64,000 nt of DNA from a virus. Shown here in pieces: positions 1 to 8,470 of this stretch. Position numbers and translations under genes: made by a program. Location of the stretch: positions 1-64,000 of the IMG/VR virus record IMGVR_UViG_3300031603_000001. One strand, 5' to 3'. Below the pieces are notes generated by a model, which searched no databases, was not told where the DNA came from, and saw only the letters and a list, made by a program, of their open reading frames with translations. Each line of letters starts with the position of its first letter. Within the stretch, counting starts at the first letter, position 1.

Positions 1-1
1 A

Positions 2-1768
2 GAGCAAGCGGACTACCTTAGATCTGATGGAACATGGTCAACGCCTCCTAACACAGTATATACGCACCCAACAACGGCAGGGAATAAACACATACCAGCA
101 GCAGGAGCTGCAGGTCAGTTCCTAAAATACTCAGCATCAGGTACAGCTGTTTGGGCAGCAGACAACAATACAGTTTACACACATCCGACAACGGCAGGGA
201 ATAAACACATACCAGCAGCAGGAGCTGCAGGTCAGTTCCTAAAATACTCAGCATCAGGTACAGCTGTTTGGGCAGCAGACAACAATACAGTTTACACACA
301 TCCGACAACGGCAGGGAATAAACACATACCAACTGCTGGAGCTGCAGGTCAGTTCCTAAAATACTCAGCATCAGGTACAGCTGTTTGGGCAGCAGACAAC
401 AATGATAACACAGTATATACGCACCCAACCACTGATGGTAATAAACACATCCCATCAGGCGGAGCCGGTGGCCAATATCTAATTTATACAGGTGCAGGTA
501 CCGCCCAGTGGGCAAACATGCACAGTCACCCTTACCTCGCAACTACGGCTAAAGCAGCCGACTCGGAGAAGGTCGATGGTATCAATGGGGCTTCACTTCT
601 CCGTTCAGATGCAGACGATACTTTCTCTGGCAAGCTTATTTCCAGTTCCCATGGCAAGGGTGTATTCGGGACTTATGACAGTTATAAAACAGACCACGTT
701 TGGTCAATGGGCTCAGCGTATGTGAATCACGCAAGCGGAACAGATTTTGGGAATCTATACGGGATCGCATACAAGCATACCAATAATACTACTGGCGGGT
801 CAATGGCAGGTGGTCATCAGATCCTTATCGTCAATAATGGCACTGCCGGCGTTGCTCTTGGAATGGCAGGGGGAATCTGGACTTCCGGAGTAGTCACTTG
901 GTCGGGGGGAAACTCTGGACAGGCGAATACAGCCTATTCTCACAGTCAAGCAGCTCACGCTCCAAGTGGCGCACAGGCCCACATAGCTCCCACTAAAGTT
1001 GAAATTGAAGCTGTATTAACTGGTGCAATCACAAGCCACAGTCATACAGATGCAAATACATGGCGTAGTATTGATGATGTCCCGGTTAATGGAATCACAG
1101 ACCAATCCATTAGTTCTAATTGGGCCTATGACCATAAAAACAGTCTTGGATTAAAAACACACCTTCCTGACGCAGGGTCAGCCGGGCAGTTCTTACAATA
1201 TGACGGCACGTGGGCAACCCCTGCTTACATATCCAACACACACCGTGGTATTGACAATACACCCGTTAACGGTCAGACTGCTGAATCGATCACATCCAAT
1301 TGGGCCTATGACCATGCGGCCACTCACGCACCCTCTACCGCGCAGGCACATATTGCACCAAGTAAAGCTGAAGTAGAAGCTGTACTTACTGGTAGCATAA
1401 GTAGTCACTCCCACGCTGTAGACTCTGCCCCAGAGTGGAGACAGACGGCACACTGGGATTTCCCAGGTTCTCATAAGAATTCATTCTTTACAATGCCTAA
1501 GTTCATCAAAGGGAATGGCGCTTCGTTACTGGTAGCTAAGGTAGCAGGCATCGTAGGATCAGGTACCGCCACAGTGGAAGTATGGAAAGCCACTACCATC
1601 GGAGGGACGTACACTAAGGTAGGAGTGGACTCCATATCTATTACCACAGCAGGTGTAGCTGAAACCTGGAATGATTCAACATCAGTGTCTAGCGGGTACT
1701 TCAAGCTTAAATTTACCGCAGCCAACTTTGTTGAAGGCACTATGTCAGTAGAATTCGGACACACCTAA
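2..1768 (+). CDS. Tail fibre protein, 5' truncated (frame is open from the window start)
   Basis: Frame +2 has no stop from nt 2 to TAA 1768, so the track's start at 518 is internal. Contains tandem NTVYTHPTTAGNKHIP modules, a DGINGASLLRSDADDTFSG fibre motif, repeated HxH knots (SHSH) and duplicated SSNWAYDH and AHAPSxAQAHIAP modules, all typical of mosaic trimeric phage fibres. Confidence 0.85.
   Translation, partial: EQADYLRSDGTWSTPPNTVYTHPTTAGNKHIPAAGAAGQFLKYSASGTAVWAADNNTVYTHPTTAGNKHIPAAGAAGQFLKYSASGTAVWAADNNTVYTHPTTAGNKHIPTAGAAGQFLKYSASGTAVWAADNNDNTVYTHPTTDGNKHIPSGGAGGQYLIYTGAGTAQWANMHSHPYLATTAKAADSEKVDGINGASLLRSDADDTFSGKLISSSHGKGVFGTYDSYKTDHVWSMGSAYVNHASGTDFGNLYGIAYKHTNNTTGGSMAGGHQILIVNNGTAGVALGMAGGIWTSGVVTWSGGNSGQANTAYSHSQAAHAPSGAQAHIAPTKVEIEAVLTGAITSHSHTDANTWRSIDDVPVNGITDQSISSNWAYDHKNSLGLKTHLPDAGSAGQFLQYDGTWATPAYISNTHRGIDNTPVNGQTAESITSNWAYDHAATHAPSTAQAHIAPSKAEVEAVLTGSISSHSHAVDSAPEWRQTAHWDFPGSHKNSFFTMPKFIKGNGASLLVAKVAGIVGSGTATVEVWKATTIGGTYTKVGVDSISITTAGVAETWNDSTSVSSGYFKLKFTAANFVEGTMSVEFGHT
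50..517 (+). repeat. In-frame 117-nt (39-aa) tandem repeat: three near-identical copies plus one diverged copy
   Basis: Units at 50-166, 167-283 and 284-400, a 6-nt spacer, then a diverged unit at 407-517. Unit: N(N/T)TVYTHPTTAGNKHIPAAGAAGQFLKYSASGTAVWAADN. Confidence 0.95.
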
Positions 1769-1769
1769 A

Positions 1770-2135
1770 ATGCCTAAGTTAAAAATAGATACATCCCTCG
1801 CGGATAAGACTACAATCAAAGACATAGTGTACACATACGTTTATGAGTTCATGGGTCCTCTTCCGGAAAAGGATAAAGATATTGTATTTGAGAAGATTCT
1901 CGGCATCATTAACGTAGCACAAACTAAGCCTACGTACGACGTAAGGGCCGACCCGGATGTACAATTAAAAGTTGTGGAAATAGATAAGGAATCTCTATTC
2001 AGTATATTGATCAAACTGGTCAATGAATACTTCGCAGGCGAGAATGAAGTCATACTAGAGATGTGGGCTTACGGATTGCTGAAAGCAATCAATACATTCT
2101 TAATTACCTTAGATAAAGATGGAGGTACAAAGTGA
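1770..2135 (+). CDS. Hypothetical protein, possibly a fibre assembly or accessory protein
   Basis: 121-aa, mostly helical ORF directly after the fibre stop; its TGA overlaps the GTG start of the next gene. Function is inferred from position only. Confidence 0.55.
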   Translation: MPKLKIDTSLADKTTIKDIVYTYVYEFMGPLPEKDKDIVFEKILGIINVAQTKPTYDVRADPDVQLKVVEIDKESLFSILIKLVNEYFAGENEVILEMWAYGLLKAINTFLITLDKDGGTK

Positions 2136-3970
2136 GCCTAGTCTGGTCTAACTTCGGTGTTTCCACTTTTAACACCGCAACATCCGCATCTCACGGATCT
2201 GATATCAACTCATTCATATTTGAAAGTGACGGGGTAACTGTAAATGCATATCATGGCTACGCTGCAGTAGCTTTGATGACAAGGAATAGTAGCTCTACAT
2301 ATTGGGACGCACGGCTTACCTGGTGGTCAGAATCGTTTAGTGGCACAGGGTCCAAGTTGATCAATTATACTACATCTAAATACTCATATCAGCCTAAGGC
2401 TATATGGGTATCTCCTCATGAAATTCTCATTACATACCACATCAGGGATGATGGAACATTCTGCAGGATCTATAACATAGACACGGACACACTTTCATCA
2501 CAGTACACTATAGAGACGTACGGAACGAACTCCTGGTCATACCCTCAAGGACACGGTGGTATATATTTAGACGAGTATGGTATTCTTCACATATCCATTG
2601 GTACAAGAAACTCATCAGGGTATGGCATTACAATAGTAGCCATGCATTATCCAGAAGACCCATGGGGAACATGGACAACCAATATCATAGCCACAGGTAC
2701 ATTACAATATTACAATGCTACCACCCTGCTACGTAGAAAGGGGTATCTATGGTTATTCTCTGCAACAACGTACGGAAGTAACATCTTAAAACTTGGTATC
2801 TATAAGAAAGCAGTATCTTCAGACCCAGGCACAGCCTGGACATTGGAACACGAAACAGTGGAACTACCGTACAGTGAGGTTTCCAATAAATACAAAGTAA
2901 CTTCAATGTCCAGTACTCTCGTTCCTCCTGCGTACGATGTTTCTGGGATTGCTAATTCTGATGTAATTCTAGTAGAGTTAAATAAATGGTACTCATCCTC
3001 TTCTGCTATTAACTACCGCCCCATGATATGCCGTGTAGAGATTGATGTCACAGATGACGAATCAGTAGACGCGGTAGTGTCCGAATACGCTATTGATAAT
3101 AATGGAGGCGCGGATCCTCACGGTATTTACAGAACAAGAATTATTGCAGACCAAACAGGTGGCGCATACATAATTGGATATACCCCTAACAGTTGGGGAC
3201 CAGCAGACGGTAAGTCCAGAGTTAGACAAGGTCATAATCCTAATGTACGCAGCACTACGTGGGCATCCCTTGCCAATACAGGGTGGGAAGATATAGGCCC
3301 AATTGAAGATGCAACGTATGAACCAAACCATATTGTAGGTCTTAATCCTGAAATTAGCCACGACGGTAATGTACAAAGCCGGAGGGTATTCCCCGAGATA
3401 GACCCATACGGTTCATCCGCTGCCAATGCATACGGGCTAAACCACAATAGCCGTCAAAAGGTAGTCGTACTGAATACGGTTAATAACACACCAAGTACTC
3501 GCACATTTATGAAACTAGCTGACAGCTCTGGTCCTACATCATCGGAAACTGCCACCCCTGCGCTGTTAGGTGCTAAACAACAGTGCGTCTCCTGGTCTTC
3601 TTTAGCGACCCCTGTATTTACCATCCTTGAAGAATCCAAAAACGAGCTCAATGTTATTTTCAGTAGCATAAATGGGAATACAAATATCTACAGGGAACTG
3701 GAGGGAGCTTGGATCCGTATGGTCCTGTGGTTTGCACAGGATGAACCGCCACAGACGGGTAAGCCTTATATGGACCTCTCTGATTCCATCATCGATACTG
3801 GGTGGATGAATGCTGCCGAATCTAAGATCGTGCTGAAAGGTCAAGAGATCCAAGTAGACGAACCGTTAATCACTCGTATATTTGTGTCAGATTCTGCCCA
3901 ACTACCAAAGTTAAACCCATCTAATGGCGGCATGGCTTACGTAGAAATCTATGCCGAGACTAAGTATTAA
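2132..3970 (+). CDS. Putative receptor-binding or tail appendage protein with an Asp-box beta-propeller
   Basis: 612 aa, rich in beta-strand residues and Tyr/Trp/Ser/Thr. Asp-box-like motifs SSDPGTAW (aa 229-236) and PEDPWGTW. Separate C-terminal beta domain. Lies next to the fibre gene. Confidence 0.55.
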   Translation: MSLVWSNFGVSTFNTATSASHGSDINSFIFESDGVTVNAYHGYAAVALMTRNSSSTYWDARLTWWSESFSGTGSKLINYTTSKYSYQPKAIWVSPHEILITYHIRDDGTFCRIYNIDTDTLSSQYTIETYGTNSWSYPQGHGGIYLDEYGILHISIGTRNSSGYGITIVAMHYPEDPWGTWTTNIIATGTLQYYNATTLLRRKGYLWLFSATTYGSNILKLGIYKKAVSSDPGTAWTLEHETVELPYSEVSNKYKVTSMSSTLVPPAYDVSGIANSDVILVELNKWYSSSSAINYRPMICRVEIDVTDDESVDAVVSEYAIDNNGGADPHGIYRTRIIADQTGGAYIIGYTPNSWGPADGKSRVRQGHNPNVRSTTWASLANTGWEDIGPIEDATYEPNHIVGLNPEISHDGNVQSRRVFPEIDPYGSSAANAYGLNHNSRQKVVVLNTVNNTPSTRTFMKLADSSGPTSSETATPALLGAKQQCVSWSSLATPVFTILEESKNELNVIFSSINGNTNIYRELEGAWIRMVLWFAQDEPPQTGKPYMDLSDSIIDTGWMNAAESKIVLKGQEIQVDEPLITRIFVSDSAQLPKLNPSNGGMAYVEIYAETKY

Positions 3971-3972
3971 TG

Positions 3973-4061
3973 ATACCTACACATACCACTACATGCAGAG
4001 CACGCTATACCCATACGTACAATATATTCTTTAAGAGAATTATACCCACACATACTACTCC
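3973..4061. repeat. Imperfect 20-nt direct repeat pair flanking an AT-rich core in the longest intergenic gap
   Basis: ATACCTACACATACCACTAC (3973-3992) vs ATACCCACACATACTACTCC (4042-4061), 17/20 identical, with AATATATTCTTTAAGAGAATTATA between them. Confidence 0.7.
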
Positions 4062-4072
4062 ACTGACATAAC
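4061..4072 (+). promoter_or_regulatory. Motif A (CACTGACATAAC), candidate phage late promoter element
   Basis: Same 12-mer consensus recurs at 5207, 15611 and 19026, each upstream of a gene block. Confidence 0.5.
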
Positions 4073-4101
4073 CATGAGTAGATTTAAGTAAGGAAAACGA
4101 C

Positions 4102-4302
4102 GTGCCAGAAAGCGACACAAAACTAGATACATCACTCCCCACTGAGGCAGTAACACTGGACGAACTCACAGCGTTAATTAACGTCCTGGATGAAACATCA
4201 TTTAAGCTGAAAGATGCGCCCTACTATTTAGGGATACGCTCTAAGCTACTTCGCCTGCACACAGCCGGCTCCTCTCCTCCCATCCAAAGTGACGACTCCT
4301 AA
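4102..4302 (+). CDS. Small hypothetical protein
   Basis: 66 aa, GTG start preceded by AAGGA; first gene after motif A. Confidence 0.6.
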   Translation: MPESDTKLDTSLPTEAVTLDELTALINVLDETSFKLKDAPYYLGIRSKLLRLHTAGSSPPIQSDDS

Positions 4303-4322
4303 GACAGACAAGGAATCGCCAC

Positions 4323-4706
4323 ATGCCTGCCAAACCCATTGAAGAGCGTGTAGCCATCAATGAGGTCAAGATTGAGCATCTTACAGATGAATTTCAGGAC
4401 TTCGAACCATTGAAAAAAGAGATATACACCTCACAAGCCAGTACCCAAGTACACTTGGACAAGGCAGCCCAGACACTAGATAGGGTTGCAGCGATACAAG
4501 AGAAACATACAATTGCTTTATCAACTATGTCGGAACAGATGGATGGAGTTATCAAATGGAAAGAACGGGTCACCACATACATACTAAGTTTTATAGTAGT
4601 AATTATGTTAGGCTCACTATCTTATTGGATGAATAACCATGACTACATTATCCCCAGTAAAACCAAAATAGAAGTACCTATTGAGTTTGGGACAAAGATT
4701 AAATGA
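4323..4706 (+). CDS. Holin-like membrane protein (coiled coil plus one C-terminal TM helix, XhlA-like architecture)
   Basis: N-terminal heptad coiled coil; hydrophobic YILSFIVVIMLGSLSYWM segment; ATGA overlap with the endolysin start. Confidence 0.6.
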   Translation: MPAKPIEERVAINEVKIEHLTDEFQDFEPLKKEIYTSQASTQVHLDKAAQTLDRVAAIQEKHTIALSTMSEQMDGVIKWKERVTTYILSFIVVIMLGSLSYWMNNHDYIIPSKTKIEVPIEFGTKIK

Positions 4707-5212
4707 ACAGAGACATCACAGTAATCAAGAAGATCGTACTCCACCGTTCACAATCAAGTTTCGGAAATAAACAGATAATCACACACTGGCATACAGCACC
4801 GAAGCCGGCAGGCAACGGATGGGATGGCCCAGGTTATCACCACCTTATTAGGAATGCATACCCCACAGCAGAGTCATATTCTAATGGAATCCCAGTACTT
4901 ATCTGCGATGGCCAGATAGAAGATCTTATGCCTTACACAGAAGTAGGCCGACATTGTTACGGACATAATACTAAAAGCATCGGTATCTGTATGGTAGGGG
5001 ATACCACCTTTACTGCCAAACAACTATACGCACTGAAGCATTTAGTCTTTCGCATTCGTCAACAGTTTGGTGATCTACCGATTTATGGCCACGATGAATT
5101 GGCCACATCCTCAATCAAAGTATGTCCACACATTGATATGGATTTCATAAGAGAATTTGTTAATACACGCGCTACGCCTACGAGAATTACCAGACCAGGC
5201 TCCGCACGCTGA
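4703..5212 (+). CDS. Endolysin, N-acetylmuramoyl-L-alanine amidase (Amidase_2 / T7 lysozyme-like)
   Basis: Zn-amidase motifs KIVLHRS, GWDGPGYH, VGRHCYGHNTKSIGICMVG, IYGHDEL and KVCP (His/His/Cys ligands). No cell-wall-binding domain. Confidence 0.92.
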   Translation: MNRDITVIKKIVLHRSQSSFGNKQIITHWHTAPKPAGNGWDGPGYHHLIRNAYPTAESYSNGIPVLICDGQIEDLMPYTEVGRHCYGHNTKSIGICMVGDTTFTAKQLYALKHLVFRIRQQFGDLPIYGHDELATSSIKVCPHIDMDFIREFVNTRATPTRITRPGSAR

Positions 5213-5218
5213 CATAAC
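5207..5218 (+). promoter_or_regulatory. Motif A (CGCTGACATAAC), upstream of the head operon
   Basis: Overlaps the endolysin TGA; followed by a GAAA-tetraloop hairpin (5228-5243) and motif B. Confidence 0.5.
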
Positions 5219-5244
5219 TACTCTTGAAGTTGCGAAAGCAGCTA

Positions 5245-5258
5245 CCCGCCTTTGAGCG
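5245..5258 (+). promoter_or_regulatory. Motif B (CCCGCCTTTGAGCG) in the protease leader
   Basis: Matches CCCGCCTnnGAGCG at 6926 and 15647. Confidence 0.55.
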
Positions 5259-5282
5259 TTGTTTACCAAACAGGACCACATC

Positions 5283-6272
5283 ATGCCTCAACCATATGAA
5301 TCAGCACCAGGTTTTATTGAAACATACCGTGCTGTATTGAACCCCACAGACGCAGCAGCGGCTAAGGGTGTTAAGGGTCTTAAGGTTACTATTGATGCAA
5401 CCCATGGTGGGTATGTAAACCGTAACTTCTATTTCTACACAGCAGGTAAGGCCATGAAAGACTCAGCCGAGTCTTGGACCAAACCTTTCGCTAAGCCCAT
5501 TATTAAGAATCACAATCTCACCGGAGGATTCTTCGGCGGAGATGCATCAGAGCCTTTAGGCCGTGTGATTAAAGCAGAGTACATCGATCAGAAAGATGAC
5601 CGAGGTTTTATCCGTTTAACCGCACTCATCACAGATCCTGATGCTATTCAAAAGATTCAAGACGGACGGTACCTTACTGTTTCAGTAGGTTCCAGGCCAG
5701 CCGGCCCCGTTCTCTGTTCCATCTGCGCCAAAGACTTGTTAAAGACAGGCCTATGTGAGCACGACCGGGGACAGAAGTATCCCATCGTCAATGAAGAAGA
5801 CGAAATAGTAGGGTATCAAACTGCACACCTGATCTTTACTGATCTTGAATATAAAGAATGCAGTATAGTCGGAGAGCCAGCAGACAATGATGGCGTCACC
5901 GCAGCAACAATTACTAAGTGGAGCCTAACGGACGCTGTTGGTGCAGAGTTAGCACCGCCGAATGAAGACGACACCACTACGTACACCGCAGTAGTCGATC
6001 TCGCAACTGAGGACGATTTTAAAGAACTCACACCTGCAGCAACAGCTGACGGTGCTGACACTGAACCTACCACAACCCCTGCCAAACCAGCCGCAGACGC
6101 AGACGCAGAGCCAGCCTCAACAGACGAGCCTGCATCTACTGACGAACCCGCAACTAGTACAGACGAGCCTCCTGTTAAAAAGGATGACGATGAGCCTAGT
6201 GCAGATGCGATTAAGCAAGAAGCTGATATCAAGAAGGTTGTTGATATGCTCAGTACGAAACTTTGGAGGTAA
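5283..6272 (+). CDS. Prohead (capsid maturation) protease
   Basis: ATG 5283 follows an AGGA RBS (track start is TTG 5259). Motifs KPIIKNH, EPLGRV, RYLTVSVGS and ECSIVGEPAD; CxxC...CxH insertion; acidic low-complexity C-terminus. Sits directly upstream of the scaffold, decoration and capsid genes. Confidence 0.8.
   Translation: MPQPYESAPGFIETYRAVLNPTDAAAAKGVKGLKVTIDATHGGYVNRNFYFYTAGKAMKDSAESWTKPFAKPIIKNHNLTGGFFGGDASEPLGRVIKAEYIDQKDDRGFIRLTALITDPDAIQKIQDGRYLTVSVGSRPAGPVLCSICAKDLLKTGLCEHDRGQKYPIVNEEDEIVGYQTAHLIFTDLEYKECSIVGEPADNDGVTAATITKWSLTDAVGAELAPPNEDDTTTYTAVVDLATEDDFKELTPAATADGADTEPTTTPAKPAADADAEPASTDEPASTDEPATSTDEPPVKKDDDEPSADAIKQEADIKKVVDMLSTKLWR
6104..6175 (+). repeat. Low-complexity acidic (S/T)DEPA repeat in the protease tail
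   Basis: AEPASTDEPASTDEPATSTDEPP, roughly 18-nt periodicity. Confidence 0.75.
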
Positions 6273-6274
6273 AC

Positions 6275-6934
6275 ATGATAAGTAAAGATATTAAGAAAGT
6301 ACTTGCCGCACTGTTCTCAGATGCGACCGATGCTGAACTCGAACGTGCTCGCCTTCTGATTAAACACAGTGATGTGAGCGATGAAGTACGAGACGCTGTC
6401 ACCGCACTCGTCACTCATACACCGGAGACAATGGACATGGAACTAGCAGATATGGTAGTACTCCCTGAAGTAGTAACCTTCATGGATTCTAAGATTGCCG
6501 ATGCTGTTAAGATTGAGACTGACAAAGTCACAGCCGAAACAGTAAAGGTCACAGCAGCAGAAGATAAAGTAACTGCAGCAGCTGTAGCACAGAAAGAATT
6601 ACTAGTAGATGCTATCGTAACGATGGCTACCTCACTACGTAAAGAGATCAACCCACTAGATCTCGCACCAAGCCAAAAGACTTACCGCGACACACTTCTA
6701 GCAATGGAAGACGCAGAGAAACTGCAAGCGGTATACGACGGTTTCAAAGCTGAAATCGATACACTCGGTATTGCACCGGCAGCAACCGTGACTGATCCCA
6801 CCAGTTCAACTGATGGTACTCACGGAAAAGGCAACGATGATGAGCCTACCAGCGCACCGAAGCCAACCGTTCGTAGCATCCAAGATGTAGCGAATGTTAT
6901 TCTGTCTCAAACGACCGAAGAAAAACCCGCCTAA
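6275..6934 (+). CDS. Capsid scaffolding protein (probable)
   Basis: ATG 6275 follows a GGAGGT RBS. Acidic, Ala-rich coiled coil with KVTAETV/KVTAAED/KVTAAAV heptads. Position between protease and capsid genes. Confidence 0.65.
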   Translation: MISKDIKKVLAALFSDATDAELERARLLIKHSDVSDEVRDAVTALVTHTPETMDMELADMVVLPEVVTFMDSKIADAVKIETDKVTAETVKVTAAEDKVTAAAVAQKELLVDAIVTMATSLRKEINPLDLAPSQKTYRDTLLAMEDAEKLQAVYDGFKAEIDTLGIAPAATVTDPTSSTDGTHGKGNDDEPTSAPKPTVRSIQDVANVILSQTTEEKPA

Positions 6935-6939
6935 GAGCG
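6926..6939 (+). promoter_or_regulatory. Motif B (CCCGCCTAAGAGCG), overlapping the scaffold stop, upstream of the decoration gene
   Basis: Third copy of CCCGCCTnnGAGCG. Confidence 0.5.
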
Positions 6940-6968
6940 ACCCTTTAATTCTCTAAGGAGATATTAAC

Positions 6969-8381
6969 GTGACACAAACACTAACTTTCAACAATGGTTT
7001 AGCCCACAAGCGCTTAACCAAACGAGTTCCAGAAAAGTATCTGGACTCTGTACTCCGTCCTAACATTGAACAAGGCGAAGGTATTCGTCCTTCCCAGGTA
7101 TTCATTCCCCACCGGTCACTACCGGTTAAGTTTGAAGATCGTTCAACTGGACAGTATGTAGTATTGCCTAAGGGCCGTATTATCTCAATCCTTACCATGA
7201 AGAATGATGCCGCATCTGTTGATTCAGGCGCCTCAGACTTTGATGGTGATGCTATTCGCATCACACAAGACTCTTCTTATTACGGTGTAAGTCGTAATAC
7301 TCTGGGTCTTTTAGTACCAGCAAACGGTGGAACTGATTATATCGCAACCTACGCAGCTGCTGATTTACTAGCAGAAGTACCGGATGCTTCACAATCCTCA
7401 GGCTCAGAAGCCAACGTTACTGTAGATGGGACGATGACCATCGACGCCAATGCTCCTGTAGGTGTAATGTACAAAGATGTTTTCCAAGACATCCGTGGAC
7501 AGTACCTGAACTATGAGACATTCAAGAACTACGGTATCCTTACACAAGGACACTTAGCTATTCCTTTCATTGATGTTCGCGTTGCGGCAGATATGGCAGA
7601 CGTAGCTCAGACCAAGTTCATGCCTAAGGGCTTTGATGCTGACCTGACTGGTGTTGTTGCACATGATGCAGCAGCTGATGATCTAACAGGCGCCAATCCT
7701 GCACTAGCAGGTGACAACAGCGCGACACATATCACCATTACTGATACAGCTCACGGTCTTATCGCTAATGATGTTATTACAATTTCTGGTGCTATAGATG
7801 GCGGCGACGACACTGCTATCACGCTTAATGGTGCACAGACTGTAGTGTCTGTTATTGATGCCGACAACTTCGTACTCGAAATTGCGAATGATGATGTAAC
7901 TGCACTTACTGGTACCATCGTATGGGCCAAGGCTGACGCCGCTGCAACTGGAGCCGGTTACGCAGCTGTAGAAGCATACTTCAGTTACCTTACACTGAAC
8001 AGTACAAATGCTGCTCACAGTGCACCTGGTGCATTCTTGACAGCTGATATCTATGGGAACTATGTACCTCAGTACAAGACCCTTAGCTCCAACTATAAGA
8101 CGGTTCAGACTGTAGGACGTATCCTCGGTCTTGATAACCGTTTTCCAAAGGACCTCTTAGAAACTGTGGAATCACAGCGATGGAATAGCAATGTGCTAGG
8201 CCGTGCCGCTGGAACAGAATCTGAAGGTCTATCTGAACACCTGTTCTGGTTTGCGTACCGTGCACTGCAAGGTGCTGGTTATACCTGGCCGACTGACGGG
8301 ACAGATCCTGCGAAGAAGATTATCGCTATGGTTAAAGCTGGTGCCTTCGGAATGGCACACATCCAGCTCTGCATCAAATAA
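6969..8381 (+). CDS. Head decoration / minor capsid protein with an inserted beta-barrel
   Basis: GTG start with TAAGGAG RBS; immediately upstream of the capsid gene; VVLPKGRII and APVGVMYKDVF decoration-type segments; inserted AHGLIANDVITISG...NG...VIDADNF module. Confidence 0.65.
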   Translation: MTQTLTFNNGLAHKRLTKRVPEKYLDSVLRPNIEQGEGIRPSQVFIPHRSLPVKFEDRSTGQYVVLPKGRIISILTMKNDAASVDSGASDFDGDAIRITQDSSYYGVSRNTLGLLVPANGGTDYIATYAAADLLAEVPDASQSSGSEANVTVDGTMTIDANAPVGVMYKDVFQDIRGQYLNYETFKNYGILTQGHLAIPFIDVRVAADMADVAQTKFMPKGFDADLTGVVAHDAAADDLTGANPALAGDNSATHITITDTAHGLIANDVITISGAIDGGDDTAITLNGAQTVVSVIDADNFVLEIANDDVTALTGTIVWAKADAAATGAGYAAVEAYFSYLTLNSTNAAHSAPGAFLTADIYGNYVPQYKTLSSNYKTVQTVGRILGLDNRFPKDLLETVESQRWNSNVLGRAAGTESEGLSEHLFWFAYRALQGAGYTWPTDGTDPAKKIIAMVKAGAFGMAHIQLCIK

Positions 8382-8396
8382 GAAATCTTCAGTGTC

Positions 8397-8462
8397 TAAG
8401 GAGGGTCTCACGATCCTCCTTAATCTCCCCGAGAGACCTCCTGAAAAACATATAACAAGGAG
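8397..8462 (+). promoter_or_regulatory. Structured capsid-gene leader with alternative SD / anti-SD pairings
   Basis: TAAGGAGGGTC (8397-8407) pairs with GATCCTCCTTA (8412-8422), or alternatively AGGAGGGTCTC pairs with GAGACCTCCT (8433-8442). The real RBS AAGGAG is at 8457-8462. Confidence 0.5.
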
Positions 8463-8470
8463 TATACAGA

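Noticed and set aside
50-517. Possible CRISPR array
   Set aside because: Units are contiguous, in-frame 117-nt coding repeats with no unique spacers, and no cas genes are present.
48-542. 164-aa minus-strand ORF with repeats
   Set aside because: Antisense shadow of the 117-nt coding repeats in the + strand fibre gene; no RBS and implausible composition.
930-1415. Possible DGR template/variable repeat pair in the fibre (930-1050 vs 1303-1410)
   Set aside because: Differences are mostly synonymous and not adenine-specific, and no reverse transcriptase is in the window; this is an old intragenic duplication.
4299-4310. CTAAGACAGACA, identical to 15607-15618
   Set aside because: It diverges before the TAAC of motif A and runs into the RBS; possibly a partial site, but not supportable as a separate element.
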